Positions 37,934-52,971 of a stretch of 64,000 bases of DNA are shown piece after piece. The first letter of the stretch is position 1, and the number at the start of each line of letters is the position of its first letter. The notes under the pieces are model-generated. The model worked only from the letters and a program-made list of their open reading frames with translations, ran no database searches and was not told the origin of the DNA. The DNA is from Octopus sinensis (Eukaryota), in the NCBI RefSeq assembly GCF_006345805.1, contig NC_043011.1, forward strand, positions 29,152,464 to 29,216,463, given 5' to 3'. The position numbers and the translations under genes are program-made.

Positions 37934-38219
37934 TTATTGCATGTATCTAGATTTAATCTGTTTATTTTGATTGACCAGCCACTGAAATTGGTGAGTCTTT
38001 GACAAAAAGTAACCAAAGTTATTTATAAGTCACATTATATATAGTATATGACAATCCATTAAATGTGTGCAAAAACAACGTAGGAATTCTATATAGATAG
38101 CTGCATAATGTCCAATATACAAATATTAACCCTCTAATCTCAAAAAAAACAGAGCTTTTCAGATACTTAAAAACAAAATATACTTATGTTCATATTAAAT
38201 GAAAGTATTCTATATTCCC

Positions 38220-38655
38220 CTCCACCTCTTCCTTTTCTGCTCTTTCGTCTTCTTCTTCTTCTTCTTCTTCTTCTTCTTCCCCTTCTTCTTTTTCTCTACT
38301 ACTACTACATTCTCCTTCTTTTCTCTTTCTTCTTCTCTTCTTCTTCTTCTTCTTCTTCTTCTCCTCCCTCTGCCTCCTCCTCCTCCTCCTTCCCCTTCTT
38401 TTTCTTTTCTCCTCCCCCTCCTCTTCTTCCCTTCCCTTTCCTTCTCCTCCTCCTCCTCCTCCTCCTCCTCCTTCCCCTTCTTTTTCTTTTTCTTCTCTTC
38501 CTCCTCTATCTCTTCCTTCTCCTTCTTTTTCTTTTCTCCTCCCCCTCCTCTTCTTCCCTTCCCTTTCCTTCTCCTCCTCCTACTCTTCCTCTTCTTTTCC
38601 CTTCTCCTCCTCCTACTCTTCCTCTTCTTTTCCCTTCTCCTCCTCCTCCTCCTTC
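38220..38655. repeat. Polypyrimidine (CTT/CCT)n tract
   Basis: Over 400 bp almost purely C/T on + strand; source of the poly-L/F/S ORFs. Confidence 0.95.
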
Positions 38656-38792
38656 ATTTTTCACTTTTAAAGTACCCCTACTGAATAAAGATATAAACAC
38701 TTATTGACATCAGTGTCTTTCTCATTTGCACAAAGTGCCACACAGACTTTTGTTTGAAAAGCAAGCTTCTTAACCCCACAGCCATGTATGCA

Positions 38793-38837
<45 letters not shown>

Positions 38838-39974
38838 CATGCATATAAATCTTCATTACAGTTTCCATTAAACACAGTAAGAGTTTTCTCCAGTAAGAGG
38901 AGAAAACTCTTACTGAAGGTGCCATATATTTAGCTGCCATTCTACTATGCAGCACTTTGAAACCTACTTGAAACCATATAATGACAAAACAAACTACTCA
39001 ACAACAAAACTATAAAGATACTTATTTACTGTCGGTATTGCACGTATTTAAAAAGAAAATGTTTATGAATAAAGATGAGATTAATACTTACAAAAAATTT
39101 AAATCTTATTAACAACTCTGCAAATTTGTTTAGACATTTAATCACCATGATATTTAATGTGTTTCGCTAATTTTTGTCTTGTCAAAGTTACCTTGGTGTA
39201 TTTCTCAAAACCAAGTGTCAAATGAATTTCCCTATTGAAATTTATGCTTTCTCTGTGTATATATAAGGAAGTGTCTGATTAACAATTTGCTACTCAGACA
39301 GCTCAATTCAGGTGTTTAAACATTTAATGCTTTCTTTATCATATTTCTATAGATTACAATACTTTTCATTCAGTAAATTTTGAAAGTAAAGAAAAATTTA
39401 GAAAAGTGACTTTCATCATCATCATTATCATCATCATCATTTAACGTCTGCTTTCCATTCTGGTATGGGTTGGACGGTTTGACAGGAGCCAGCTAAGCAG
39501 TAGTCTACAACATGTTTCACTGTCTGTTTTGGCATGGTTTTTATGGCTGGATCCCTTCCTAACACCAACCACTCAGCAGAATGGACTGAGTGCTTTTTAT
39601 GTGGCACCAGTACAGGCAAGGTCAGTTTTGGCATAGTTTTTTTTTACAGCTGGATACCCTTCCAAGTGCCAACCATCTTACAGTGTGGACTTGATGCTTT
39701 TTTACATAACACCAGCACTGGCAGGGTCACCAAGTAACTTGCAATACAAAGATACTTTGAGCAGGGATGTTGCATTGAAAGTGATGACAGATGATGAAAG
39801 GTTAGATTGTGAGAGAGAGACAGAAACAGGTGTCTTGCTGTAGAGGAGATACATGGTTAATGAATGGAACATAAATTAGCATAAAATTTTGATGGCAAAT
39901 TTTAAGTTAAATCACTTTAAAACAAAGAATTTGTATAAGGAACAGTTGTAGACATTTTGGCATATATATATGTA

Positions 39975-40033
<59 letters not shown>

Positions 40034-40070
40034 CTCTGTCTTCCCTTCTCTGGATCTTTCCTTCTCCTAT

Positions 40071-40105
40071 GTTTCCGACGAAGAGCTCCGCTCGAAACGT
40101 TAAAC
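40071..40105 (+). ncRNA. Minimal Penelope-type hammerhead (U4C variant)
   Basis: gttt-CCGACGA-a-gagc tcc gctc-GAA-ACGT-T-aaac; in a (TA)n-flanked repeat. Confidence 0.65.
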
Positions 40106-40195
40106 CCTCCTTCTTTTCTTCTTTCCTGAGCGTCTAATAATACTATATTTGTTCCACATCCTTGCGTTGTGTTTTTTGTGCTTTCTTGTTTGGAT

Positions 40196-40235
<40 letters not shown>

Positions 40236-41608
40236 AGATCAAATTGTATGTACGCCACTATATTTTATATATAAAAAGTACACAAAAAATACAAAAATGG
40301 GACAAGAACGCAAAACATCCAGACAGTTAGGTAATACAAAAAAGGGGCAACAAAACATCCAGACAGACGATACAAAGAAAAGAAGGACAGGTCATTCAGA
40401 GTTTTCTATCCTCAGTCAAGTTCCAGATTATCTTTGCAATTTTGGCTTGTTATACTCAAGATTGCTCCAATCTGGCCAGCCCCAAGGAAAAACTAAGCTA
40501 AGAGCATTAGCTTCCTTGGAAGAAAGCAGTGAATATATACGAAAAGAAGGACAGAAAAAAAACAGAGAAATGTTACACAAATACAAATGCAATTAACAGG
40601 AAATAACAACAGGTGTCTTTCGACTAAGGATGAATTAAATTAAGCTGGCATGTGTGGAAGTAAAGCCTTATGGCAGGGACATAAGATTTAATAAGTACAA
40701 AGAGGAATATAGATGTTACACGGATGGTAGTCGAACCAAGAAAGAAAGGTCAGGCCTGGCCGAACACTGGTCACGTGGGTTAGGATTACTGGGGTTGATT
40801 CCTTCACCAAAAAATACCCCTCAAATCAGTGCCTTAGCATGGCCACAGTCCAGTGAGTGAAACAAGTAAATAGATAGTTTTCAGTTACTGTCTCCAAATC
40901 TACCTTATCCAATATTTCGTTCCATTTTGAGACTGTAAAATGTAAGTCTGATTTGGTTGCTATTTCATGTAAATCAAATCAGTTTTCAGGGGTTACCTAC
41001 CATAGAACAGTCATTTATTGTGAAGAGAACTTTTAAAAGATTCAGCAGTATTATTAACACGTTATTTTCCTTATCTGTCAGTGAAGCAATAATATATTAT
41101 TTAGCATGTTTATCAACCTTCAAACAACCCCACAGCGCTTTCAGACTTTGTTTTATTTCTGTAACAAAATTTAGTAACTTGAATTACAGACAAAACCATT
41201 CTGAAAACTACTTCTCCAAGAATAACAAAGTTAATCAACTTTACAATAAGATGGCTAAAAGCTCACTACTTTCTTTATACACACATATATACATACATAC
41301 ATACATACATATATATATATATTTGTATGTGTGTGTGGGGGGGGTATATGGACACACATACATATATATATGCATACACCCACTCATACATACATACACA
41401 CACACACCTATATATATACATACATACAAACGTACGTATGTACATACACACATGCATATATAGATATATGAGAAAGAGAGCTTCTGGCTGTCTTATTGTA
41501 AAGTTGGTTGGAAATAACTTTATTGTTCCTAGAAGAGTAGTTTAAGAATGGTTTTAACTCCCACGTCTAGCATGGCAAAATCAGCATTAAATAAATAAAC
41601 AAACAAAG

Positions 41609-41648
<40 letters not shown>

Positions 41649-42269
41649 GAGTATGTGTATATATACATATATATTTACGCAGGGACCCGCTATATTGCAG
41701 AAGTGAAATGTTCTTGAAAATCTAGCTATAACACAAAATTAATTTTCCCATTGATTTTAGTGTTATTGAGATGCATTCTGGCAGTTTAAAGAAACTGTAA
41801 CAAGACCAGACCATGTTTATGCATGAAAAAAACAATATCTAGACATATACAGTATAAAAGAATAAATTAGAATCATCATATTGTAATAGGGTACATCCCT
41901 ACCCCAAAACATGTGGAATATTGTGTAAGGGGTGGTGATGGTACAACATCAGTTACTGAGAAAATTTGAGAAACTATCTTCTCTCTTATGGTTCATCATT
42001 ATCTTCTTCTGCCTGATGGGTGAAGAACTTACCAAAAGTTGATTGATGTTTATGGGGCATCATTGTTTTATACTAGTGTTTCTCAACTGGGTTTCTCTGG
42101 AGCGCTAGGGTTCTGCAAAAGGTTCCTAGGGATTCCATGAGAAAGGGTGAGATAAGCTAATGCTAATTTCATGATTGCGATATTACTATGCCTGCACAAC
42201 ACATTATTGGTTATTGTAATATAGACATCATCCTATCTAACCTATTATGTTATCAAAAAAATATAACAA

Positions 42270-42307
<38 letters not shown>

Positions 42308-42389
42308 CTGAGCGCTATACTAATACATCTGTTTGTGTGTACACCACCTGCCTTCGTCTTTTGTTTATTTTCGTAAACTTTCCCTTTAT

Positions 42390-42420
<31 letters not shown>

Positions 42421-43029
42421 TATATGTATATGTATATATATGTAATAATATAAATAATATATAAATATATAAATATATACATACATATATGTACATACCT
42501 ACATATACATATGTATATATATACATGCGTATATGGGTACAGGACATCAAAAAAGTTTTGAACACAATGAGATACGAAAACATAAAAACAAAAACATAGA
42601 AAACGAATTTTTATTTTGAACAATGAAAAAACAAACAGAGAAATGAGACATGCAACATACAGAATATTCCCCTTCATCAATTCTCCCTGTTTCATCTACT
42701 CCGTGTTTTGAAGGCAAGGAGAATATGCGACTTAGTTGAAACAGTCCTTCCCATAAAGCAAATTAAATAAAATTTGGGACTTTTTGCAGAGGGTGAAAGT
42801 GGTAACAAGAATAGGACATTGAGAACAAGATAGTAAAAACAGACGATATATATATATGATATTTACCATGTGAACTATGATGAAAAAAATACGAGAAAGA
42901 TATAGTATATAATATTTTTTGTGCAGGGGTTCCTTGAGACATGTAATTTATTTTAAGGGTTATGCAAGGGTAAAAAGGTTGAGAAACTCAGCTTTATACA
43001 GATCAATGTTGGAATCAAACTTATTGCAA

Positions 43030-43790
43030 ACACCTCTTGTAATTTTAGTTATGTTCATGGTGTCACACAGAGAAGATAAACTCTCTATTTGTGATATTAG
43101 CAATTCAACCACATCACCCTCTATCATTTCTTCAAGCCCTACATAATTTCCAAGTGTCATAATATCTGTCCAAATTTTTGAGAACTTGTCTGGCCATGAA
43201 TTTCACCAAGTACCATTCAATGTTGAAGGTTTCACTTCAACCCATGATTCAGTTTATTATCCACAGCAACCATTATGTTGAATTTACTTCTGAAGTCTCT
43301 AACTCTCAATTGTTTTCACACTCTATTTGAAAGTTCTTTTCAAGCAATACACTTTGAAGTTAGCTATCGCACATTGATCCATAGGCTGGAGCAAAGATGC
43401 CATATTCTTAATGTATGCTTACATTATCAGCAAGCTCATTTACGTTCACTAGGTGGCTTGGTCTAAAATAAACATTGCTTTGTTTGAAATATATGCCTGG
43501 CATTGTACCTTTCAACAGTCGGGTAAAAGAGAAAACGTTTGTAAACCACACTTTGAAAAGGCTGTTAGTCATCCATGCCTTCTTATTTAAACAGCAAAAC
43601 AGAGGCAGATTGGTAGATTACACTTTCTGTAATTGTTGAAAGCTCTTGGGTTTTCAGAGTGATATATGAAAAGGGCTTTAATTTCATGTCATCAGTATCA
43701 ATTCCTCCATTTACAGTTCCTTTTCATATAACTACTTTCAGTTTTACTTCATAGCTTTTTTTCTAGACATTCTTAATTCTAAGTAAATCC
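43030..43790 (-). mobile_element. Tigger/pogo (DDE_1) transposase remnant
   Basis: IYHSENPRAF, NKKAWMT, SLLQPMDQCAIANFKVY..KRTF motifs with stops and frameshifts. Confidence 0.8.
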
Positions 43791-44288
43791 AAAAACAACA
43801 GCAAACAATAATTACCCACAACAAACCATCATCATCATCATCATCATCATCATTTAACATCTGTTTTCCATGCAGTCATGAGTTGGACGGTTTTGACAAA
43901 ATCTGGAAAGTTAGGGAGCAGCACCAGCTTCCAGTCATGTGTTTTGGCTTAGTTTTTTTTAGCTGGATGTCCTTCCTAATGTCAACCACTTTAAAGAGTG
44001 TACTGGGTGCTTCTTACGTGGCATCAGTACAGGTGCTTTTTACGTAAGTCAAATATGTATTTAAAAAAAAAGAATACCAGGGAAACCTGTTTTGTGAGAG
44101 CGAAAATATTATTGTATTAATCCTTTGGGTGTAACAATGGAAATGAGAAGATGGAAAGGGTAATGCATGAGGTGGAAGGAAATTACTGTACAATTACTGA
44201 TAGATGAAGGGTTACCAGGTTCAGGGGCACTTCACCAATTGCACCTCTGACTTAAGTCATAAAAGCTGCACCCTTGTTTCACACACAT

Positions 44289-44334
<46 letters not shown>

Positions 44335-44455
44335 GATCTAAACAACACTACTACTACTACTATGTAAACTGGCAGTTTTGTGTCTGTATAATATAGATTC
44401 CAAATTTTAGCACAAGTCCAACAAGTTTGGGGGAGGAGTTAAGTCGATTATATCT

Positions 44456-44608
44456 AGGCTGTGTGGTAAGTAGCTTGCTAACGAACCACATGGTTCTGGA
44501 TTCAGTCCCACTGCATGGCACCTGGGACAAGTGTCTTCTACTATAGCCTCAGGCCGACCAAAGCCTTGTGAGTGGATTTGGTAGACAGAAACTGAAAGAA
44601 GCCTGTTG

Positions 44609-44643
<35 letters not shown>

Positions 44644-44872
44644 GTATGTGTGTATATATGTTTGTGTGTCTGTGTTTGTCCCCCCAACATCGCTTGACAA
44701 TTGATGGTGGTGTATTTACGTCCCCGTAACTTAGCGGTTTGGCAAGAGAGTCCGATAGAATAAGTACTGGACTTACAAAGAATAATTCCTGGGGTTGATT
44801 TGGTCGACTAAAGGTGGTGCTCCAGCATGGCCACAGTCAAATGACTGAAACAAGCAAAAGAGAGTAAAAGAG
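44456..44872 (+). mobile_element. SINE family A
   Basis: Full-length homology. Confidence 0.85.
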
Positions 44873-47800
44873 AGACCCCCAGTACTCAACTAATACGTAT
44901 TTTATTGACCCCGAAAGGCATGAAAGGCAATGTCAACCACGGCAAAATTTTAATTCAGGACGTAAAGACGGATGAAATGCTTCTTAGCATTTTGTCCAGC
45001 AAGCAAACAATTCTATCAGCTCACCACCATCTTCTGTTTTTGTATAATATTATCTCTGTGATTTGATTAGTTTTATGAGAACAATTTATATAATATAAAA
45101 TAGCATTGGCTGAACACCTCTCATATACCTCCAATGAAAGCATCTTAAGTCTTGAATTATTTCTATTACTTTTAATCTCAATACTTGATGTCGTAATCTC
45201 ATACTTAACAGAGTCTTTAAAACAGATAATGACTTGTCAAATATAGTTTACTCTGAAGGCAACCTATCTTCATCTTCACAAATTTTTTTTACTTACAACT
45301 TACAATGATATCTAATGATAGTTATTTTTTGTTGGTGTTTTTGTTTAAATTTCTGTTTTTTTTTCCTTTTTTATATCTGTCAAGTTAAAATGTTTCTTTT
45401 GTTAATTAACTGTGATAAGGTGACATTTCTGAAGATGAAGTTGCCTACTTTTGATTTTTATTGAGAAACACAAAATGAAACCCAGCCATGTCAAATGTTT
45501 TGAGTAGATCTTGAGAAGAATAGCTTTTCATAGAAATCTCTATCAGGAGTGGCTGTGTGGTAAGTAGCTTGCTTACAAACCACATAGTTCCGGGTTCAGT
45601 CCCCTGTGTAGCACCTTGGGCAAGTGTCTTCTACTATAGCCACAGACCGACCAAAGCCTTGTGAGTGGATTTGGTAAACGGAAACTGAAAGAAGCCCGTC
45701 GTATATATGTATCCTTTTTTGTGCTGGTATCACAATAACACAAACCCACAGTAAGAGTAAAGGGTAAAGAGCCCCTTTGGTCATGAATAACCAAGGGATT
45801 GCACTTAGAAAGTTCCCCTTTGAGGCACAAGTCCAGGCAAGGTTGTTTATGGAAGACCAGCAGTCGCCCATGCATACCAGCCTCCCTTCTCCATGCCATC
45901 AATGTTATCCAAGGGAAAGACAAAGGCTGATACAACTTGGCACCAGTGACATCGCAACTCATTTCTACAGATGAACTGGAGCAACATGAAATAAAGTGTC
46001 TTGCTCAAGAACACAACACAGAGCTGAGTCTGGGAAATGAATTCACTATCTCATGATTGTGATCCCAATGCCTTAACCATTAGGGCTAGGAGGGCCTCTA
46101 GTCTTGTCCAAAGTTGTAACCACTGCACTACTGTTGGTACCATAAAAAAATAAGCACACAGAACCCTTTATAAAGGAACAGGCATAACTGTGTGGTTGAG
46201 ATGGTTTGTTTCCCATACTAAGTGGTTTCAGGTTCAGTCCCACTCTGAAGTATCTTGAGCAAGTGTCTTCTACTATAGCACCAAATACTTTGTTTGTTGG
46301 CCATGAAAGGATAAAAGGAAAAGTAGATTTGAGTAGGGTTTGAACTCAGAGTGGAAAAATTACCACAAAGCAATCTATATGTCACTCTAATAATTCTAGC
46401 AATCAGCTGTCTTGTTAATAAAAGCAAAACCTTTTATTGAATAATTTTGACCAGGATATTGATAACTGTCTTTTCCCCACCCACTCTCTTACTCTTTCTC
46501 CATCACAAATTCTCTCTCTGTCTCCTTTCTCTCTCTCTCTCTTTCTTGCTGATGATCCACAAGGAAACAATGTTAGAATTTTCACAATAAAACGTAATAA
46601 GCAAAAGAATCAGGATTTTAAATGATCAATAAAAATACAGAAGATGCTTTTGGCTTTTTGTTTAAAATACAAAAATTAACGGAGAAAGCATTTTCGATTT
46701 ATGTTATTTTATTTCATTTTTTAAAAATCTTTTGATTTTTCAACTTTGGCAGCTTACAGTACAATATTGCAATAATAATTTTAATAACCAATTTAGCTGT
46801 TTACTCATTTAATGCTTAATTATCTTGCCATAAGAAAATTCAGTGTTCAACTATGGAAGACATCAAATGATGTAAGCCAACAATATTACAATAAAGCAAT
46901 TAGAAGAGAATTATTTTCTCTGACTCCTCTCTTTTGGATTCCTTTAGTATCTACTTCTCTGTTGCTCCCTCTCCCTTTCTATCTCTCCCTTTCCCAGTCT
47001 CTCTTTCTTTCTCTGCTGAGTTCTTTCACCCTCTCTATTTATCAGTCGAACTGACTAGTTATCTCCCCTACTGCTGGGTAATTGGAGAGGTTTATTTCCC
47101 AGGCCAGGACACATATCTATGATGGAACAATGCAAAGACATTGATTGCACAACCTTGAAGCAATGCCATTATTATTACTTCCAAACATGAGCCACTTCCA
47201 TCACTGACAAGGTTACTTGGTTAATACAAAATGACTGGCAAATTGAAAGCTCTACCTCCAAGGTAACTTACAAATACACAATTTGACAATCCTATCAATA
47301 TGATAAACAAAGCTAATGAATGAATAATTAAATAAATTATTTATTAACCTTCTAGTATAAATCAGAATTTTTACACCTCATTAGAAGCAATCAATATTTA
47401 CACCTTTATCTGTTATAAATAAATGAATAACTATATCATTAATTCAATTATTAGATTGTTATATATGTAAGTCGGTGACTGAGCTAAGCTTCAGTAGTTT
47501 CTAGTTATGAACGGTAACAAGGAAAAAAGGAACTTAATTTTTGATACTCTGTATCTAAGAGATCACCATATGGGATTAATCATAGATTGTGGCTTGCCTT
47601 GTATTTGTAGTAATTTTGAAGGTTTTAATTGCGTGTTGTTCTTGACCAGAGTGGAGGGGTGAAATACAAAATTGTTTCCTAAATAACTGCAATGATTCAG
47701 TCATAAATCTATTGTAAGAGCTGTCATGTCCTCATTCTGTTCTGAAAAGCAGGCTTTTCTGGTCTTCATTCAGGAAAGCAATGCACATCTTATATGGGGT

Positions 47801-49164
47801 ATTTAGACTACATGCATCCTAGATGATAACTGTGTGTGAAGCAAAAAGTAGTATCAAACACAGGTGAATCCATCATTAGAAGTAAGAGCAAATATGTTAT
47901 TAACCTTTTAGCATTCAGATTACTACTCTACCAAATGTAATGCTTATTTATTGACACTGTTTCGAATTAATCATGCATTATCTCATAGCTTTGAGATTTC
48001 GATGATGTGATTGGTTAGTGTGTATGTGTGTGTGTGTGTGTGCATATGTGTGTATGTGTAGACAGAAAGATGCTATGGAAATAACTATATTATGTTTTTT
48101 AAAAAAAAAGCAAAGAAAGTTCAGACAATTTGGTTCCAAACAACTAATAATACATTTTGAGGGAAGGGGCTTGTTTGTTAATTAATGCCATGACAAACAT
48201 GTCCTTATTACAGTAGTTTTATTGTGAAGTATATTACTGAGTCAAACTGTCACTTGGTCAATTTGAAATACCTGATGCCAAATCATGTGACAGGTCATAA
48301 CGTCACATGACCCTCTCCTCTTCCCACCCTGTCCTCTCAACCTTATGTTTTTGTTTTGAGAGTAATCTTCTCTGCTCTCTTTATTACTAAGTTGTTGTTT
48401 TTTTTTATTTTGCTTTTTTTAGTCCATGTTAGGGTTTGGTCCTAAGTTGTTTAGAATTTGTGAAACTCTCCCAGATTTTAGCACTCTAGGTGATCACCTG
48501 GTTTGTCTGCTATGCATTATTGGCTCTACTTCTGTTGAATATCTCAAAAACAGGAGGCCATTAATGTTTGCCATAGAAGAGCCTAATCGTCAGCAGATCT
48601 CATTCTATTGGAGCCATGTTGGTTAGTACTGAAGAGAGGGAAAGAGAGAGAGAGAGAACCTTGAGATGATGAAATAGAATGATTACTGTAATAATTCTCC
48701 TTATCTAATTTTATTTTCCATAATTTGATACAAAAATATATTTCCTTTTTATTTTATTATAACAGTTATAAAATTTCACAATTTTCATAATTAGTTTTAC
48801 ATGTTGAATTATTATTATTATTATTATTATTATCATTATTATCATTATTATTATTATTGTTATTATTATTACTATTATTATTATTATTATCGATACTATT
48901 ATTATTATAGCAGTGGTGAGCTGGTAGAATCATTAGCACACTGAGCAAAATGCTAAATGGCATTCCATCTGTCTTTACATTCTGAGTTCAATTTCCGCTA
49001 AGGTTGACTTTGCCTTTCATCCTTTCAGGGTTCATAAAATAAGTACCCGTTGAACATTGGGATCGGACTTACCCACATACCCAAAATTGCTGGCCTTGTA
49101 TGAAAATTTGAAACCATTCTTCTTCTTATTATTATTATTATTATAATCATCATCATCATCATCA

Positions 49165-49201
<37 letters not shown>

Positions 49202-49664
49202 ATAATTATGAATTCACTATCAACTAACAAACTATTTTCAATTATATTTTTTAGGTAAGTGTTCCTTCGTGTTATGCTTGCAAAGGACTTCATTTTGTAA
49301 GGAAGGTAATTATATTACTACAATTATATTTCTAATAAATAAGCTAAAATTTCATTCAATCATTTTAACATAAATTAGCAAGATATGATTTCAGATTTAT
49401 ATATCATAATATTTTTTTCACACTACATTCATTCATTGTTTTTAGCATTACCAAAGAATTTGTAAGTAATGTTTTAATGCAAATGAGAGCAAAAATCTTT
49501 GACAAAGAACATATGACAGCATCATACGAAGAAAAAGTAACTAATGGAGTAAAGAGCAACTGTACATCCTTCTGATGTATGTAGACAGATTCAACATTGC
49601 AAAACGACTAAGGTTAATGACTCAAGGCTGTTGTAGGAGATACTTACCCAATCAAGCCTGTTTT

Positions 49665-50058
49665 ACTCTTTTACTCTTTTACTTGTTCCAGTCATTTGAC
49701 TGCGGCCATGCTGGCGCACTGCCTTTAGTTGAGGTAATCAACCCCAGGACTTATTCTTTGTAAGCTTAGTACTTATTCTATCGGTCACTTTTGCCAAACC
49801 GCTAAGTAAACACACCAACATTGGTTGTCATGCGATGTTGGGGGGAAAAACACAGACACACAAACACACACACATATACATACATATACATGTATACAAT
49901 GGGCTTCTTTCAGTTTCCGTCTACCAAATCCACTCACAAGGCTTTGGTCACTCTGAGGCTATTGTAGAAAACACTTGCCAAAGGTGCCACGCAGTGAGAC
50001 TGAACTCAGAACCATGTGGTTGGTAAGCAAGCTACTTACCACACAGCCACTCCTGCAC
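49665..50058 (-). mobile_element. SINE family A
   Basis: Full-length homology. Confidence 0.85.
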
Positions 50059-51264
50059 CTGCTTCTTGAATCTATTTTAAATCTAATGTTGAAACTATTT
50101 GCATATGCTTTACTACTCCTGTATATGCATGTGTGTGTGCATTGGTGTGTGTGTGTGCATGCATATATATACATATATATACACATGGTTCTGGGTCCAG
50201 TCCCATTGTGTGACACCTTGGGCAAATGTCTTTTACTATAACCTCGGTCTGACCAAAGCCTTGTGAGTGGATTTGGTAAATGGAAACTGAAAGAAGCCCA
50301 TTGTATATATATATATAAATATAAATATAAATAATACATTTCTAAATATCTCAGAGAGATATATGCAGTAGTGGTACGATAAAGTAGTTGTATACTGTCA
50401 ACTTAATGTGACAGTCCCATGAAGGGAATCAAACTACTGCTATTTAGCCCTAGGAAGCAGCAACGCACACACACACACATACATACATATATAGCAGTTT
50501 GGCAAAAGAGACCGATAGAATAAGTACTAGGCTTATAAAGTATAAGTCCTAGGGTCAACTTGTTCGACTAATGGTGGTGTTCCAGTATGGCCACAGTCAA
50601 ATGACTGAAACAAATAAAAGAGTAAAAGAGTAATATATACATATATGTGTGTGTGTGTATGTGTTTGTGTGTGTGTATGTATGTATATGTAAGTATGTGT
50701 ATATATATATACACACACATACACACACACACACAAATAGTTTGTTAGTTTCAAAGAAGAAGCCATGGATGTTGTAGCATGGAAATCTAGATTTACTTAT
50801 GGAGACAGCAACTGAGTAATGCCTGAGGAGATACATATAGATCTTCTTATGCAGGTAAATCGTTACCGATGCCAGCACCACCTCGACTGGCTTCTGTGCC
50901 GGTGGCACATAAAATACACCAATCTGACCGTGGCCGTTGCCTGGCACCTGTGCAGGTGGCACGTAAAAAGCACCCACTACACTCACGGAGTGGTTGGCAT
51001 TAGGAAGGGCATCCAGCTGTAGAAACATTGCCAGATAAGACTGGAGCCTGGTGCAGCCTTCTAGCCTCCCAGATCCCCGGTCGAACCGTCCAACCCATGC
51101 TAGCATGGAGAACGAACGTTAAACGATGATGATGATGATGATGATGATGATAATTTAATTTAAACTTAACTTCAAACCCTGTATATACGTGGATCTGTAT
51201 GTATCGAAACATTTGTAGCGATTAAAAATCTGCCTAACTGTACTTACTCTTCCTTTTGACTCTC

Positions 51265-51486
51265 TTTACTCTTTACTCTTTTACTTATTTCAGTCATTTG
51301 ACTGTGGCCATGCTGAAGCATCACCTTTAGTCGAGCAAATCGACTCCAGGACTTATTCTTTGTAAGCCTTGTACTTATTCTATCAGTCGCTTTTGCTAAA
51401 CCGCTAAGTTACGAGAACGTAAACACACTAGCATCGGTTGTCAAGTGATGTTGGGGGACAAACACAGACATGCAAACATACACACA

Positions 51487-51528
<42 letters not shown>

Positions 51529-51692
51529 ATATATGCATATATACGACGGGATTCTTTCAGTTTCCGTCACAAGGCTTTGGTCGGCCCGAAGCTATAGCAG
51601 AAGACATTTGCCCAAGGTGCCACACAGTGGGACTGAACCCAGACCCATGTGGTTCATAAGCAAGCTGCTTACCACATAGCCAGTCCTATGCC
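51265..51692 (-). mobile_element. SINE family A
   Basis: Full-length homology. Confidence 0.85.
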
Positions 51693-52511
51693 TTTTTAAC
51701 GTTTTACACACACAAATATAAATATACAAAGATATATATATGTATAATTATATGTAAAGGTGAGATTGAAGGATCTAAGTGTAGGTAGTTAGTAAGCTTT
51801 GAGTTGTCCTTAGAAGGTATAAAAAACAAATTTCAGGAACAATAGGGTTCATTGACATAGAGGGTTGTAATTTTCTCCCATATTTTCTATTTCTTTGTTG
51901 CCCACAGGGGGATAAACATAGAGGAGACAAACAAGGACAGACAAAGGGATTAAGTCGATGTAATCGATTCCAGTGCGTAACTGGTACTTATTTAATCGAC
52001 CCCGAAAGGATGAAAGGCAAAGTCGACTTTGGCGGAATTTGAACTCAGACGAAATACTGCTAAGCATTTTGCCCTGTGTGCTAACAATTCTGCCAGCTCG
52101 CTGCCCGTATTGAAGTTTGATAAGCTAAAATGAGTTATTTTATAGTTCGTGATTGGCAGCTGGGGTTGCTGTGCAGAAGCATCTCATCAAGTGCTGTAAT
52201 AAGTGGTATCTCATTAAATGAAATCTGTTTTGCCCAGATTTAATACAGTGTGTTGTTAGTGGCCATAGGTTTAAGCCATCGGACAGGAATGCTAACAACA
52301 TGCTGAATTAAATCTGAGCAAAACAGAGTTCATTTAACAAGATATGTCTTATTACATTACCTGACAGGACGTTTCTACCTTGATAGATACACCACTACTA
52401 GTTGGATAGTTTCCCACCCAAGAGGAATCAATGCAGGATATATCAAAACAATTGCTGTCAGTAATAAAGTGTTCCGTATATTCCATTTTCCATCTCTATC
52501 ATTTGTTCTGC

Positions 52512-52936
52512 ACAGGTGTGACTGTGTCATAAGAAGCTTGCTTCCCAACCACATGGCTCTGGGTTCAGACCCACTGTGTGGTACCATAGGCTAGTGTATT
52601 TTACTATAGCCTCAGGTCAACTGAAGCCTTGTGAGAGGATTTGGTAGACAGAGACTGAAAGAAGTTTGTTTTGTGTGTGTGTGTGTGTATTTATGGATGT
52701 GTGTTTATGTATGTGCGTTTTGTGCCCGTGTTCTTTCCTCTACCATCACTTGACAACCGATGTTGGTGAGTTTACATCCCCGTAACTTAATGGGTTGGCA
52801 AAAGAGACTAATAGAATAAGTACCAGGCTTACAAAGAATAAGTCCTGGGGTCAATTTCTTCAACTATAAATCCTTCAAGGTGGGGCTCCAGCATGGCCAC
52901 GGTCAAATGACTGAATCAAGTAAAAGAATAAAAGAA
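52512..52936 (+). mobile_element. SINE family A
   Basis: Full-length homology. Confidence 0.8.
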
Positions 52937-52971
52937 TATACATATATATATATATATATATTATTATTAAA

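Noticed and set aside
46543-46578. CTGATGA..GAAAC..GTT hammerhead-like string
   Set aside because: Stem II is not formable with the core intact and stem I is mismatched at the junction
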